64,000 nt of DNA from Tubulanus polymorphus (GCF_964204645.1 NC_134025.1:9052001-9116000), one strand, 5' to 3'; shown: positions 39,101 through 50,799, numbered from the stretch's first letter. Numbers and translations are program-made. The notes: generated by a model not told the origin, from the letters alone.

Positions 39101-40795
39101 CGATCAAAATGCCAGCAATAAACTACGTAAATCGTTTAAATCCGAAAGCTGATTATAGTGAGGCCAGAAAACGGCGGTCGCTGGTACAATGAAAATAATG
39201 CGCTTATTTTGCAGGAAAGTGGTGTCTGTGACACGAACAAAATTCAATTATAGTATGATACTTAGAACTACTATCTGTACATACGTTATTCTGATATGGT
39301 TTTACCACCTTTGAAATCAGACAGTGATCATTCCAAAACTACAATCACGAATAACCCATGATGGGACTTCATGAATATTCTAACGCTTCTAATTCGTATT
39401 ACGGACGGAATGGACAATGAATGAATATCATCCATCACGCAATCTTGAAATGAATAAAACATCAAATCGGTCGTTTGGATCACAGTAAAACCAAGGCAAC
39501 TAGATTATTTGTTCTAGAAATAAAAGAACTATATAGACTGTACTGTTTTCGTTATATATGTATCTGCAGGATGTTCCCGTAGTGGGTGAATTTGAAATAA
39601 TGGCTCAAATGCTACAGCGTTCTAGAAATTTGACGTACATACACGGAGGGGTCGTTAGTAATCACGATATATTAGGAAGACGATTAGGTATTGACTAAAT
39701 TGATTATTTATCCGTTAATATGAGTATCTTTGTGGCCAAAACTTCGGTCCCGAAGGTTTTTTAGTCCATAATTATATTTACATATATTCGATACTCAAAA
39801 ATTAACACACAAAGAAATAATTGAAGTTATATACTAAAAAATCATTCCGAAAGATAAACAATTAATTCAAAGTCATTCTTTAAAATCTTATTTTCTTTCG
39901 TATTTATCTCCAAACATTTCAATTTATTTCAGCGTAATTACAAGAATAGATGTATTTTTGCTGTTTTTTATCTTCATTTATTAGAAGCTGCAGTTGATCC
40001 ACTACAGCAAGTAATAAACTACATGCAAAATAATTCACTTCGACCGATGGAACTGTTTCGCTCGTTCGATAAGCAAGTTATTTTTAGGATCGGAGAATCA
40101 AATTTCATGGACCGACTGCAGGTTTGTCGCCATTTTAGTTTTCTGCTTTCAATTTCAATTTCTTTGTTAAAACATATTTCTATATGGTTACAAACGAATT
40201 CATATGGTTATTTTTTCTTCGACACAGAGAAGCGGAATAAACTTGAAAAAGGGCGAAATAGAACAGGTCGTAGGCAGAGTTGACAAGGCAGAAAAGGATC
40301 AGCATGGAATAAGTTATAGGTTACTACCGTCTTTGGTTCATCTTTTCTTCTGAAATCCAAAAGATACGCACGTTCATTTTTCAATTTCACCATCTATGTT
40401 GGAAAAATATGTATTAAACTATGTGTATATATATTTACAGTAAACTTGTCAATGCCCTGAAGGAGCAGAAACTAAAACAGCGACAGAACAAAAAGAAAGA
40501 AATTAAAGAAAAACAGAAACTTAAAGAATATCACATGCGTATATTGAATCCAGACGGGGAAGATATAAGCGAATCTGACACGACCAAAAATGATAAAAAC
40601 GACCCTAACGAGAACGGTTTCAACGATTTAGATTGGAAATCGTCGTTTTCATTGAAATCCGTGTCGTTTGCTTCGATGGCAGCGAGTAGAGCTTCGTTTT
40701 CCGGCCCGGCGACGACGACCGAAAAACCTTCCAAAAAGTTGCAACAACAACCACGAAGACAAAGTGATTCTTTTTCATTCAATAAAAAGCGATAG
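36135..40795 (+). CDS. LRRC74-like protein (ribonuclease-inhibitor-type LRRs, lysine-rich tail)
   Basis: EMELEVDSDAFDTDLE N-terminus, KHRSLGAKGIQALSTAL, repeated LxxLxLSxNx..G exons (NLSWNGFGYEGALALG), HGG and LRPMELFRSFDK; about 13 exons. Confidence 0.8.
37264..37423. mobile_element. Penelope-like short insertion with inverted repeats in an LRRC74-like intron
   Basis: Perfect 21-bp inverted repeat at 37262-37282 and 37368-37388; 13-bp direct repeat TACATAAATTAAT at 37251-37263 and 37424-37436. Confidence 0.75.
37324..37370 (-). ncRNA. Minimal type I hammerhead ribozyme motif
   Basis: Minus strand reads AAUAUUC-CUGAAGA-U-GACUA-uuaggaua-UAGUC-GAAA-C-GUU-GAAAUA: both core boxes, a 5-bp stem II, a loopless palindromic stem III and an imperfect stem I. 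Confidence 0.65.
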
Positions 40796-40962
40796 ATATT
40801 GCATCGGCTATATTGTGATAAAATCATTTTAAGTATATATATATATCTTTTTCCATTAATCGAAATAATAAATATTGTGATCATTTCGCGTCTCGGTGAA
40901 CAATTATATGTATATATGAATACAATAAAATAACGTGTCAACTGACAGTAACAGTTAGTTCA

Positions 40963-42720
40963 TTATACCGCAGTGTATGGTTCATCGCCATTTTCTTTAA
41001 CATCATATTCGACATAGCGCAATCGTTCATAATAAGTAGTTTTATTTCCCGTATCGACGACAGTTATACTGAATCGTTTTTTCGGTTTGATTTCGAATAT
41101 CTTTTCGATCGTATGCCCGATGCATTCTTGGGCGTGGTAAGCGCAGCCCAGACGGCGTAGATTTTGTACTAGAGTTTTCACGTCTTGGCCGTCAGTAGCT
41201 TCGCTGGTCATGACAGCTATCAAATAGTTCATCAACATAACGGCAGCCAAGTAATAGAAAACGATGTATGAAATTTGCACGTAGACCGGGGCGTTTGCTA
41301 CGTTAAACTGCGTGGCGCCAGATTCGAGCAAAAGTATTTTGAAGACCGAGTTGGGAAAACTGTCGGTACGCCAGTAGATGTGTTGGAAAAACATCGCGAA
41401 CATCACCTTTATCAACGATGTGGCGATAATGAAATTGATGAACAAACAAATCATATTCTGCAGCGTAATAGCGAACGATCCGATCTTGGGAAGAAGTTCT
41501 AAAACGGATAGCAACATGATGAGCAACATCGGGAAGTACAAGGCGTGAAAATAGTTCGCATAGGTGAGATTTTGTTTGACTAATGTTACAACGCATGAGC
41601 TCAAGACAAGAATTGACAAGAGAAACTGACAACTTTGGTAAAACGACGTATACGCGACGTAGGACCATTCTTTTAACATATTGCTCAACATCTGACGGCT
41701 GTAACTTTTCATCAAGTACCAACCGATCTGGAAAACCGCCTCCAGAATGTACAGAATGCTGGTGATGATCGTAATTGTTGTGAGAACGACCGTTCCGGTG
41801 CACTTCAATCTATCTTTGCCGTCAATTTCGAATTGCTGAATGGACATATTTTTTGGGTTGTTAATTATATTATGGCTGGCTCCGCAAAAAAGAGGATATG
41901 ACCAAATATAAGCAAAGATCACGTACAACACTCTCGCTATTAGAATTAGAACGATGTACGGAATGGATTTCCGAATTCTATAGTTGGTCCATTCATGGAT
42001 GATCGGCATCTGATGAATGTTATTATTTAGGAAGCTCGCTAGTCCTTCTCTTTTTAAAAAGACCAACATTCTTAATGGGCAATGCATATTGCGGCGGTTG
42101 AGTCTTCCATCCTCGTACATACTGAGGTCGTATCTGAGAACCGTGTGGACGCCTCGTTCCGCCACTATTTCCATGTACACACCCGGAGTGTCCAAAATCA
42201 ATCTAAATAGTCCGTATGTGCCTTCTTTCGCCGCTAATTCCAACGGGGTAAATCCTTCGCTATTTTCTTGCATGAGAAGCGCTCGTCTGTCCACTTGCCC
42301 TAGCAAACTGACGATATCGCTGTAGATATCCATATATTTTTCTTCGAGACCTCGATCGTGGGCGACAACCACGACAATCGCGTGGAAGCAGTTACAACCG
42401 ATCTTATCCTGTACGGTTACATCTACTCCGTCTTCGATCATGGCACGTACGCACCGACCTGCTCCGAAAGACGCCGCTAACACCAATGGAAATTCAAAAT
42501 CGTACTTAATTTCCGATTTCAAATGCGGGCAATCGTCCAACACCGAATCCACATAAAGAAACTTCCCTGATATGCGACGTCGTTTTTCTTTTTCGTTAAG
42601 CGCGCTCAACGTTTTCTCGAACGTATCGATATCGTCGTGTTGTATCACTTCGTACCAGTCTCTATATTTCTGGCGGGAAAGATCGAGCATTAGCGACGAC
42701 TTGTTCAATTCACGTTCCAT
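40963..42720 (-). CDS. TRPV-like ankyrin-repeat cation channel, intronless CDS, 585 aa
   Basis: Ankyrin repeats (PLVLAASFG, QDKIGCNCFH, NSEGFTPLELAAKEG), YDLS linker, six hydrophobic segments, IGSFAITLQNMI S4-S5 linker and MLMNYLIAVM S6 motif. Confidence 0.85.
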   Translation of the reverse strand: MERELNKSSLMLDLSRQKYRDWYEVIQHDDIDTFEKTLSALNEKEKRRRISGKFLYVDSVLDDCPHLKSEIKYDFEFPLVLAASFGAGRCVRAMIEDGVDVTVQDKIGCNCFHAIVVVVAHDRGLEEKYMDIYSDIVSLLGQVDRRALLMQENSEGFTPLELAAKEGTYGLFRLILDTPGVYMEIVAERGVHTVLRYDLSMYEDGRLNRRNMHCPLRMLVFLKREGLASFLNNNIHQMPIIHEWTNYRIRKSIPYIVLILIARVLYVIFAYIWSYPLFCGASHNIINNPKNMSIQQFEIDGKDRLKCTGTVVLTTITIITSILYILEAVFQIGWYLMKSYSRQMLSNMLKEWSYVAYTSFYQSCQFLLSILVLSSCVVTLVKQNLTYANYFHALYFPMLLIMLLSVLELLPKIGSFAITLQNMICLFINFIIATSLIKVMFAMFFQHIYWRTDSFPNSVFKILLLESGATQFNVANAPVYVQISYIVFYYLAAVMLMNYLIAVMTSEATDGQDVKTLVQNLRRLGCAYHAQECIGHTIEKIFEIKPKKRFSITVVDTGNKTTYYERLRYVEYDVKENGDEPYTAV

Positions 42721-43517
42721 GCTGCCTGAATAAAACGCCGAACCTTAGCACAGTAAGTTTAGCAGTAGTTTGAATCATGCAGGATCGAGTTCATTACATT
42801 TTTTAATATAACATGTGGTTTTGTGGTTAGTACGTCCAAGGGTCTGTGCAGTACGTGAATATTTCCAAACGATAGATATTTTCACTTTTATTCAAAATTG
42901 TATATTTACGTATCAATATTGTTATCATATCTTCGAAATTCGAAATTCAATTGAAGTGAAACTCTGAATTGAGATTATCACAATAGACTGTTTAAGTGCA
43001 AAATCTACGACGTAAATATTAAAATCTAACAAAATTCAAATTTGAAACCCAACCCACTTGTGGATACCACTTGGGGATATCCGCGGTTCACAACGGCGAC
43101 AGCTGTCGTCTGATAAAACTGTGAATTACGTAGCGTTTGTTAACAATCCTAATTAATACGTCGACAACAGAAAAACACGAAAATGGTCAATTCACTTACC
43201 CGTTCGAATTACGCGAGTTTAGAACCAAGTACTCACTTATAGCACGTTACATTTCAAATGAACGTTGCACGATCGATTGACTGATATATTTTGAGATATT
43301 AAATTGATCGATGACAGGTGTTTTTTGTAGTTTTAAGCTCAACGACACGTCAAGTTTGTACATATATCAAACATCCATAAATGAATATGGATATGGATTT
43401 TTGATAATATATATATATAAACACGATATATTTTCCGCATTTTTTTCATTTAGATTTTTCAATTAACTCATCGCCATTCTCGGGTTTCTGTACATAATCC
43501 TTCATAAAACTATTGTT

Positions 43518-44933
43518 TCATTCACATAGTTTGAATTCAAAATACGTCATCTTTTCATTCGGTATCTTTCCTGGTTCGATGTCGCTGTTCGTTATCAGTT
43601 CACAAATTCGATTGACTTCATCCCATTGTCCAGCCGTACAAGATTGATACGCTTTACATTCTAGTGAACATTGTAAAATAGAATCAACGTTTGTCAGTGA
43701 TTTTGATGGTGATTTCTTTCCTTTGAATCCCTCGAACATATCAGCTTCAAGCGGAGAATCTAGAATGTATATGAATGCAAATATTCAAAACGTACGTTCC
43801 GTTACCATCATCGTCATCGTTAAATGACCAGGTTGCACGAAAAAACATTCAAAAACTAAAGACTTCAAAATACAGCCACCTATTATATTATGATGTACTA
43901 CGTTCTCTACGTAAGAACATTTGCACTGGACATATAACAAAACATTCAAGTAGAGATAAATGCGGTACAGCAGAATATCATTATAGCATATAAGTAAAAG
44001 TTGCGTTAAATTCTGAAGCGAACATTATCCTTCTTATACAAATTCATTAAACTCTACCTTATACCTTTGTATACCGTTTTAGTGTTCCGTTTATGTCTAC
44101 AAGCTTACCGGTGCATCTCCATTCAATATGGTGCAATAACCAGTCGGATTTATCTTCGAACATCACGTTGCTGATTTTGTATTCCGAAGGAACGTCGTCT
44201 TTGGTTACATTAGCTAAGTTGCATACGGTCGTCTTCTTGTTGTAATCAGCGGACAGACATTCGAAAGTGTCTTCGGTCAAACACGCCATTTCACATTCTT
44301 CAATCGTCACGTTTCCAATGCTGAGAGTGTTGTGAGAACCGATATATCGTCCAGAGTAAATAACCCACTCTAACCACAGGCCGACATCGCATTCTACTTT
44401 GGCTGAAATTTTCCACAAATCTCTCTCAGAATACTGGCCGGAAATTCCAAATGTATCAGGGCGAAACAATATTGAACACCTCGACTTTTTCCAAAGTAAA
44501 TTTCATTACAAAAGATCATCTTGTTTCTCCCTAACTTTTCCTCAATCAAAACAGTAAAATACGTTACGTCCGTGCTAGATGTCTCAACAAATTTCCCTAG
44601 TTTCTAGTTCTTTTTTAACAAAATTCCGTTATTCCCTGACTTTCCCTGATTTCCAGCTGTTTATTTACAAAACAGCAAAATTGCGGTTATTTATTTTCTA
44701 TGTCAATTCCCTTTTGAGGACATTTTTGATAGTTTGGGAAATTATCAATTTGTCGATAAATGATACTAAGATTCCATTAAATAACTAATCTTCAATTACT
44801 TAACGAAACCACCTGACGTATATTACACTACTGAAACTTACGCTGCCTTATGTGTCTTACCTTCCGAAAAACAATTACTCATTGTTGATTTCAGGATCAG
44901 GAACCTAATCAGATAATATCTCCATCTATACAT
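43518..44933 (-). CDS. Small secreted protein with two PAN/Apple domains (3 exons)
   Basis: Exon 1 is signal-peptide-like (MYRWRYYLIRFLILKST); exon 2 has TIEECEMACL...FECLSADY....CNL; exon 3 has SILQCSLEC....C.A......CEL; phase-1 introns are compatible. Confidence 0.7.
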
Positions 44934-46637
44934 GATAACTACGTAAATAAAGCTAATCCTCATCAAATGAAACCTCGAGTCGATATTTCATCAACCGATC
45001 ACGAAATTAGGGAGGTGGCATAAAAATCCACCTATCAAATAAGGTTGATAGAGATTCAGTGTTTGTTTCAAAGATTCCGTTTTCCTAATGAGTTAATGGA
45101 GGGTTTCTATGTGAAAATAAACTAGATTAAAAGCGGCTTTTGTTTTGTGTGGTCGATTTTATTTGTTTCTGTCGGTGTGAAAGTGCGGAATTCAATTCGA
45201 GTTATTTTTTTATTCGAAATGAAACTGCGGTCGTAGGGTGCATTTGTTAGGGTTTTAGTTCATTTCGAACCAATAGAAAGCGTATCAAGGGTATGCACTT
45301 TTCCTCATTAGGTCCCATTGTATCCTTAAGTACTTTCGGGATCCACAATTAATTTCCGAAAATAATCGCTTTTAAAACTTTGTCAGAAGATGGAACATCT
45401 GTCTAATGGTCATATAAACCAATTGATAATGCAGCTTCGTCCACGAGTCTGTCACAGTTGTCTGGCGCAACCGTTTTACAGCGAACTTCCACAGGATCCA
45501 GTACAGTGAACCTTGCGTCAATTCTCTGAAAAAGCCTTGAAAAAGTCAGATTTTTTGCCTTTTCCCGAATACTGTGGCTTGAGAATTAATTTCAGAAAAA
45601 AATCAGGACCATAAATATTCAACGGATTATAAGCGATTATTCGACTTTAGCCGATCCGACTTACGAGGTTTACTGATGTAGTTTTGTACCCTAGAACAGC
45701 AACAACTGCGAATTACCATATTATACTGTATTAATATCCTCAAAACAGGGATGATAGTGATGCTGGTTATTGATACCAGATCATGATCTCCCAAAATCCT
45801 GTAGCTCTGTTTTCATCAATCTGTACCAAATCCGCATAGGTGATTGCCAAACCAAAAGAGTCAACAAATACGAGAAATTCCAATGATTCAGACCGATTCA
45901 AACGATCTTTTATTTTATGTAATTTTTCAAGGAGACAGAAATCATTGAATGAAATACCGTAGTATGTACGAATACACACTGTGTCAAGCCTAAACACCCT
46001 CACGCTTAATTCACCAACCTATTCACTCAATAAACACATAGTTTCTTGGAATTGGATGTATATTTTACAGTAATCTTGTTTATTAAGAAATGTATAATGC
46101 AAAACCAGTTGATGTGCAAAACAGTAAATCTGTAAACAGTAATTCTTTTCCAATGCTCATTGCGCATTATTATCATTGGAAAAGCCAAAACAACATCGCG
46201 TGAAAAGGACAGTGCATTCTTATTATTCATTATTATTCAATGATTCATTTATCTAATACTAATTAGTACCACGTAATAACCTTTTATACATAAAACTTAT
46301 TGAAAATCGTTTTTTCACTAAGGGCATTTGCCCGACACACAGGCCTACGGAATAATCATAAAGCGGGTTATTTTGAGCAGTCCCTTTCAAAACGTATCCA
46401 ACACTTTTCCAGCTCGGGTACAGCCTCGTGAATAGATTGAAATACACCATCGACTAATCAGCAATCGCTATCGACCAATCGAGAAATACGAGCCATTCAG
46501 TCGATGATTCCCATGGAATAGTTAATATACAACAGGATACCCGATTTCGGCAGATTTCAAATGCCGGCACGGGAAAAAGACATTGAATATTTTTCACGTA
46601 AACATTCCAGCACCAAATGTTTCAGATAATCCACTGG

Positions 46638-49359
46638 CTACACAGGTGGTGGTAAACCGAGTGATTTACGAACAGTTCTTTCGGCAATTTCTTCGAATTT
46701 TTCCCGATTATCTCTCCACGTCTTCGCTGCGTCGACATTTGCGGCGCTTTCATCATTCGGTTCTAGATAATGAATAAACATCGTGGATATTATTAATATC
46801 TCGTTTTTTAATATTTACTTTGAATACTTAATAGTTCATTCAAAAGTGATTTTCTAACGATTCTGACCGACCTAGTTGGAGTAAAGCTAGTTTTTAGTAT
46901 TGAAGACATAAGCCACAATCGCGTAGATTTAGCCCAGATCAGACAAAAACACTTGCGTGATGGGAGCTATAGGGATTGGTCTTAGATCTGAGACCTAGAC
47001 CAGAGATAACCAACTATCCACGAATATCAATCAGTTTTAGATAGTTGAGACTATTTTCACCCACAATATAAATTCAACAAACAGTTGTTATTACTTATGT
47101 TCTGACGTTTAGAGAGGATTACTTTCACCCATCAGAGATTTATTTATTTGAAATGTCAGAACAAAAGTAACAACAACTGTCTGTCGAATTTAAATTGTGG
47201 GTGAAACAACACTGTTAATATTAATATCAATCAGTTTTAATCTGTATACACTGAGGACCAGCCCAGTTCCACGGTTAGTTTGACGGCTCGCGTGAGCAAT
47301 GGGTCTGTTTGTTTTGCTTTATGTCGTTTGGATCTTGGTTATCCTTTTGGATTGTTCATTCAACCTCACATTGGGACACACTGTCAACAGCCATCAGGAC
47401 TTGCACTTAAAATGAATACAACAGAGAAACCCCTGTGAAGCTGGCTACCGGTTCCCGGTTCCTTATTCGGCTCCCGATTCAATTTTGAATAAGAAACCGG
47501 GAACCGGCTACTGGTTCGGCTCCCGATTCAAAATGCTTTTGAACTGGGAGCCGAATCGGGAACCGGGAGCCGGCTACTGGTTCGGCTACCGACCGATTCA
47601 AAATGCTTTTGAACCGGGAGCCGAATCGGGAACCGGCTACTGGTTCGGCTACCGATTCAAAATGTGAAGCTGGCTACTTATTCGATTCGACTCTTTATAT
47701 TGCGGACAGCAGGTAAACATAATTACGTAACTGTCTGCTGAAATGAGTGCAACCTTGACCTCGGCCACCAGGCTAATCGAGACGTCTGAATCAACACCAC
47801 GCGTGTGACGATTTCCTCTCGATTCAAAATCATTTTGAATCGGGAGCCGAATCGGGAACCGGGAACCAGTAGCCGGCTACCGGTTCCCGGTTCGGCTCCC
47901 AGTTCAAAATGTGAAGCTGGCTACTTATTCGATTCGACTCTATTACGGACAGCAGGTAAACATAATTACGTAACTATGTCTGCTGAAATGAGTGCAACCT
48001 GACCTCGGCCACCAGGCTAATCGAGACGTCTAAATTAACACCACGCGCGTGACTTCAATATACAGTTACTATGCAACTATAGTCTATACTATAAGCGGCT
48101 AAGCCATAGCGTATCAACTATGTAGCGCGTAATCTCCGTTCATGTGGCTTCGATTACGCGTTGAGTGGTATGGATTGAAAGAGGATGGTCTGATCTGTGT
48201 TTACGAATAGATTTCGTGCCGATACGATAAAGTTTAGGTAGACTTTTGTACCATTTAAGTTTGGACTTTCCGCGTGACGTCACGTCATTTCAGCAGACAT
48301 AGTTACGTAATTATGTTTACCTGCTGGCCGCAATAGAGTCGAATCGAATAAGTAGCCAGCTTCACATTTTGAATCGGGAGCCGAACCAGTAGCCAGCTAC
48401 CGGTTCCCGGTTGCCGGTTCGGCTCCCGATTCAAAATGGTTTTGAACCGGGAACCAGTAGCCGGCTCCCGGTTCCCGATTCGGCTCCCGGTTCAAAATGT
48501 TTTTGAATCGGGAGCCGAATCGGGAACCGGGAGCCAGCTTCACAGGGGTCAGCATCATGCCTTATCCCACAGGGCAACTACCAGTATAGGTCGCAAGTAC
48601 TAACCAGCTAGCATACTTATAACGGAGAGTAAAATCTTTTCAACACTTTGAACGGGACTCCAACGCTCTGCACTGGTTTCATATCCCATAGGATCATCAC
48701 CAGGTGCATGTAATATTGATATACAAACTCGTCCATCTGGGTAAACTGAAAATTCAGATGAATTCAGATGATATGACAATTTGATCTTGCATTGACAGTA
48801 ATTTTTTGTACGACAAATAATTTAGATAATCCAAATAAAATCTGAAACAGGATAAGTTATTGTACGGTTTGACAAATTGAATGTAGGTACTTACTGTTTG
48901 GATGGAATAGGTCGCAAGTAAATTTCATTTTTGGCGGACTGAGTGGATAGTCAGGAGGGAATGACATCAACGCTGCAAATACACCACCATCAAAACACGT
49001 TCCCTCAGGACCCCTGAAAAAAATCAGATTTAATTTGTTATCAAAAGGTGTTTTCTGAATAGAAATTGACCGCAAATAAACTTACGTGATATAAGCTTCC
49101 CATTCAAAGAAATTCTCTTCAGTAAGTGGCCCAGCAACAATTCCTTCAGGAGGATTTAGAGTTAACTCTTGAAATAGATGATAGAATAAGGATGAGTGAA
49201 AAATAAATTCTATCAAAACGATGAACCACATATGGAACAGTGCTACCAGACTGCTGCCTGAGGATCGCAATCAATCACATACACAATAATTCATACCGAT
49301 CATGGTTTCTACTTACGTTTATATTCAGCCATCAACCTCTTCAACGCTGACCCAGCCAT
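46638..49359 (-). CDS. UBE2G2: Ubiquitin-conjugating enzyme E2 G2
   Basis: MAGSALKRLMAEYK, LTLNPPEGIVAGP, DYPLSPPKMKF, HPN.YPDGRVCISILHAPGDDPMGYE, RWSPVQSVEKILLSV and EPNDESAANVDAAK...RKSLGLPPPV*; 5 exons. Confidence 0.97.
47040..47222. mobile_element. Inverted-repeat insertion of the CCCACAAT/ATTGTGGG type with a degenerate hammerhead core
   Basis: Inverted arms of about 55 bp spanning 47055-47206; 17-bp direct repeat AATATCAATCAGTTTTA at 47023-47039 and 47223-47239; minus strand reads UCU-CUGAUGG...CUAAAC-GUC-AGA. Confidence 0.65.
47429..48549. mobile_element. Modular foldback element in the last UBE2G2 intron
   Basis: Terminal inverted repeat acccctgtgaagctggct / agccagcttcacaggggt; arrays of gaaccgggagccgaatcgg units in both orientations; a block of about 150 bp occurs twice directly (about 47654 and 47902) and once partially inverted (about 48285). 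Confidence 0.8.
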
Positions 49360-49365
49360 TTTATA

Positions 49366-50661
49366 CACAGGGACTTGTCACAATTGATAGTGAATGAATA
49401 AAACCAATATCAATGACCAGGTCCACTATCCCTGTATAATATAAAAAACAAGGGTGGCAACAAATTTTCAATCTGACAATGACTTCTCCACTTCAATCGA
49501 CTGTAATTCCAAAAATTCTCAACCGATTCACATGAAATAAGCTTTAATACAACCTAGAAGACTTTCTGCTTCCAACGAGCCTTTAACCACCACTCTAGGA
49601 CAATTATCTCACAACGAAATCACCGTTTTTTGACGAGAGATAGCTCAAATTGGAGGTGTACCGATTCTATGGTGGACAGCAAAATGGTCGTATTTTTCAC
49701 TTCAAACGATGATTTCTATGTGAAATCTTAGAGATAACCCCAACAAACCATACATTTTTTAAAACTACGCGGTCATACCTGTACGCTTATCTCATTTATT
49801 TGTATAATCCACGCGATGGGTGAGCTCGCAAGCTCAAAATCGAACAAATATACGAAAAAGTCACCTCGCACTATCGCGCTGGCGGCCATTAATCACGTGA
49901 CGTGCAGGTTCGGGCTATGTTAATAGAACCGCGACAAGACTACGTCTGTAGACTTGAAAAAAGGAAATATTTGCTAATAATACCACCCCTCAGACGAATG
50001 TTGCACTATATTTTCATAATACGGATATTTTATTAATTAACAGAACTTTTAATAAATTTTGTAATGTTTTTCGAAATCTCTAAGCCAATCAATGCGCGTG
50101 AAATATTTAGCCCATTACTACGATATCACGTGATTAATGGCCGCCCAGTTGATGACAAGTTGAACGCCGTGTTCGTCCTCATTTTCGATTTTGAGCTTGT
50201 GAGCTCACCCATCGCGTGGATTATACTAATAAATGAGATAAGCGTACAGGTATGACCACGTAGTTTTAAAAAATGTATGGTTTGTTGGGGTTTTCTCTAA
50301 GATCTCACATAGAAATCATCGTTTGAATTGAAAAAAACGACCATTTTGCTGTCCACCATAGAATCGGTACACCTCCATTTTGAGCTATCTCTTGTCAAAA
50401 AAAGGTGATTTCGTTGTGAGATAATTGTCGGAGAGTGGTGGTTGTAGGCTCGTTCGAAGCAGAAAGTCTTCTAGGTTGTATTAAAGCTTATTTCATGTGA
50501 ATCGGTTGAGAATTTTTGGAATTACAGTCGATTGAAGTGGAGAAGTCATTGTCAGATTGAAAATTTGTTGCCACCCTTGTTATTTTATTATACAGTTGCA
50601 GGGATACTGGTACCCCCATCATTGGTCTCTCATCCATTATCAGTCGTGACAAGTCCCTGTG
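49366..50661. mobile_element. 1296-bp foldback transposon with CACAGGG ends, immediately upstream of the UBE2G2 ATG
   Basis: Inverted arms of about 535 bp (49366-49900 and 50126-50661); ends cacagggacttgtcac / gtgacaagtccctgtg; perfect 8-bp TSD ATTTTATA at 49358-49365 and 50662-50669. Confidence 0.93.
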
Positions 50662-50799
50662 ATTTTATAGGCCCAAACTCGGTTAAAATGGCAAAAATCA
50701 GAATTTATATTCTTCTTGTCCGCACAACACCCTACTATGCTGCCACCTACTGGATATTAATCTCACTATTTGTCTAATCATGTTCGAACCCCAAGTATC

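Noticed and set aside
41275-42325. Overlapping antisense and alternative-frame ORFs within the TRPV-like CDS (similar cases in AP5S1, LRR1, SF3A2)
   Set aside because: Shadow ORFs of real coding sequence with no recognisable motifs.
47440-48540. Repeat array superficially like CRISPR
   Set aside because: No unique spacers, units occur in both orientations, the context is a eukaryotic intron, and there are no cas genes.
11056-50661. CACAG termini as RAG/ProtoRAG or Transib recombination-signal-like ends
   Set aside because: RAG-like and Transib elements make 5-bp TSDs; all three here have 8-bp TSDs, and no nonamer-like motif at 12/23 spacing or RAG-like ORF is evident.
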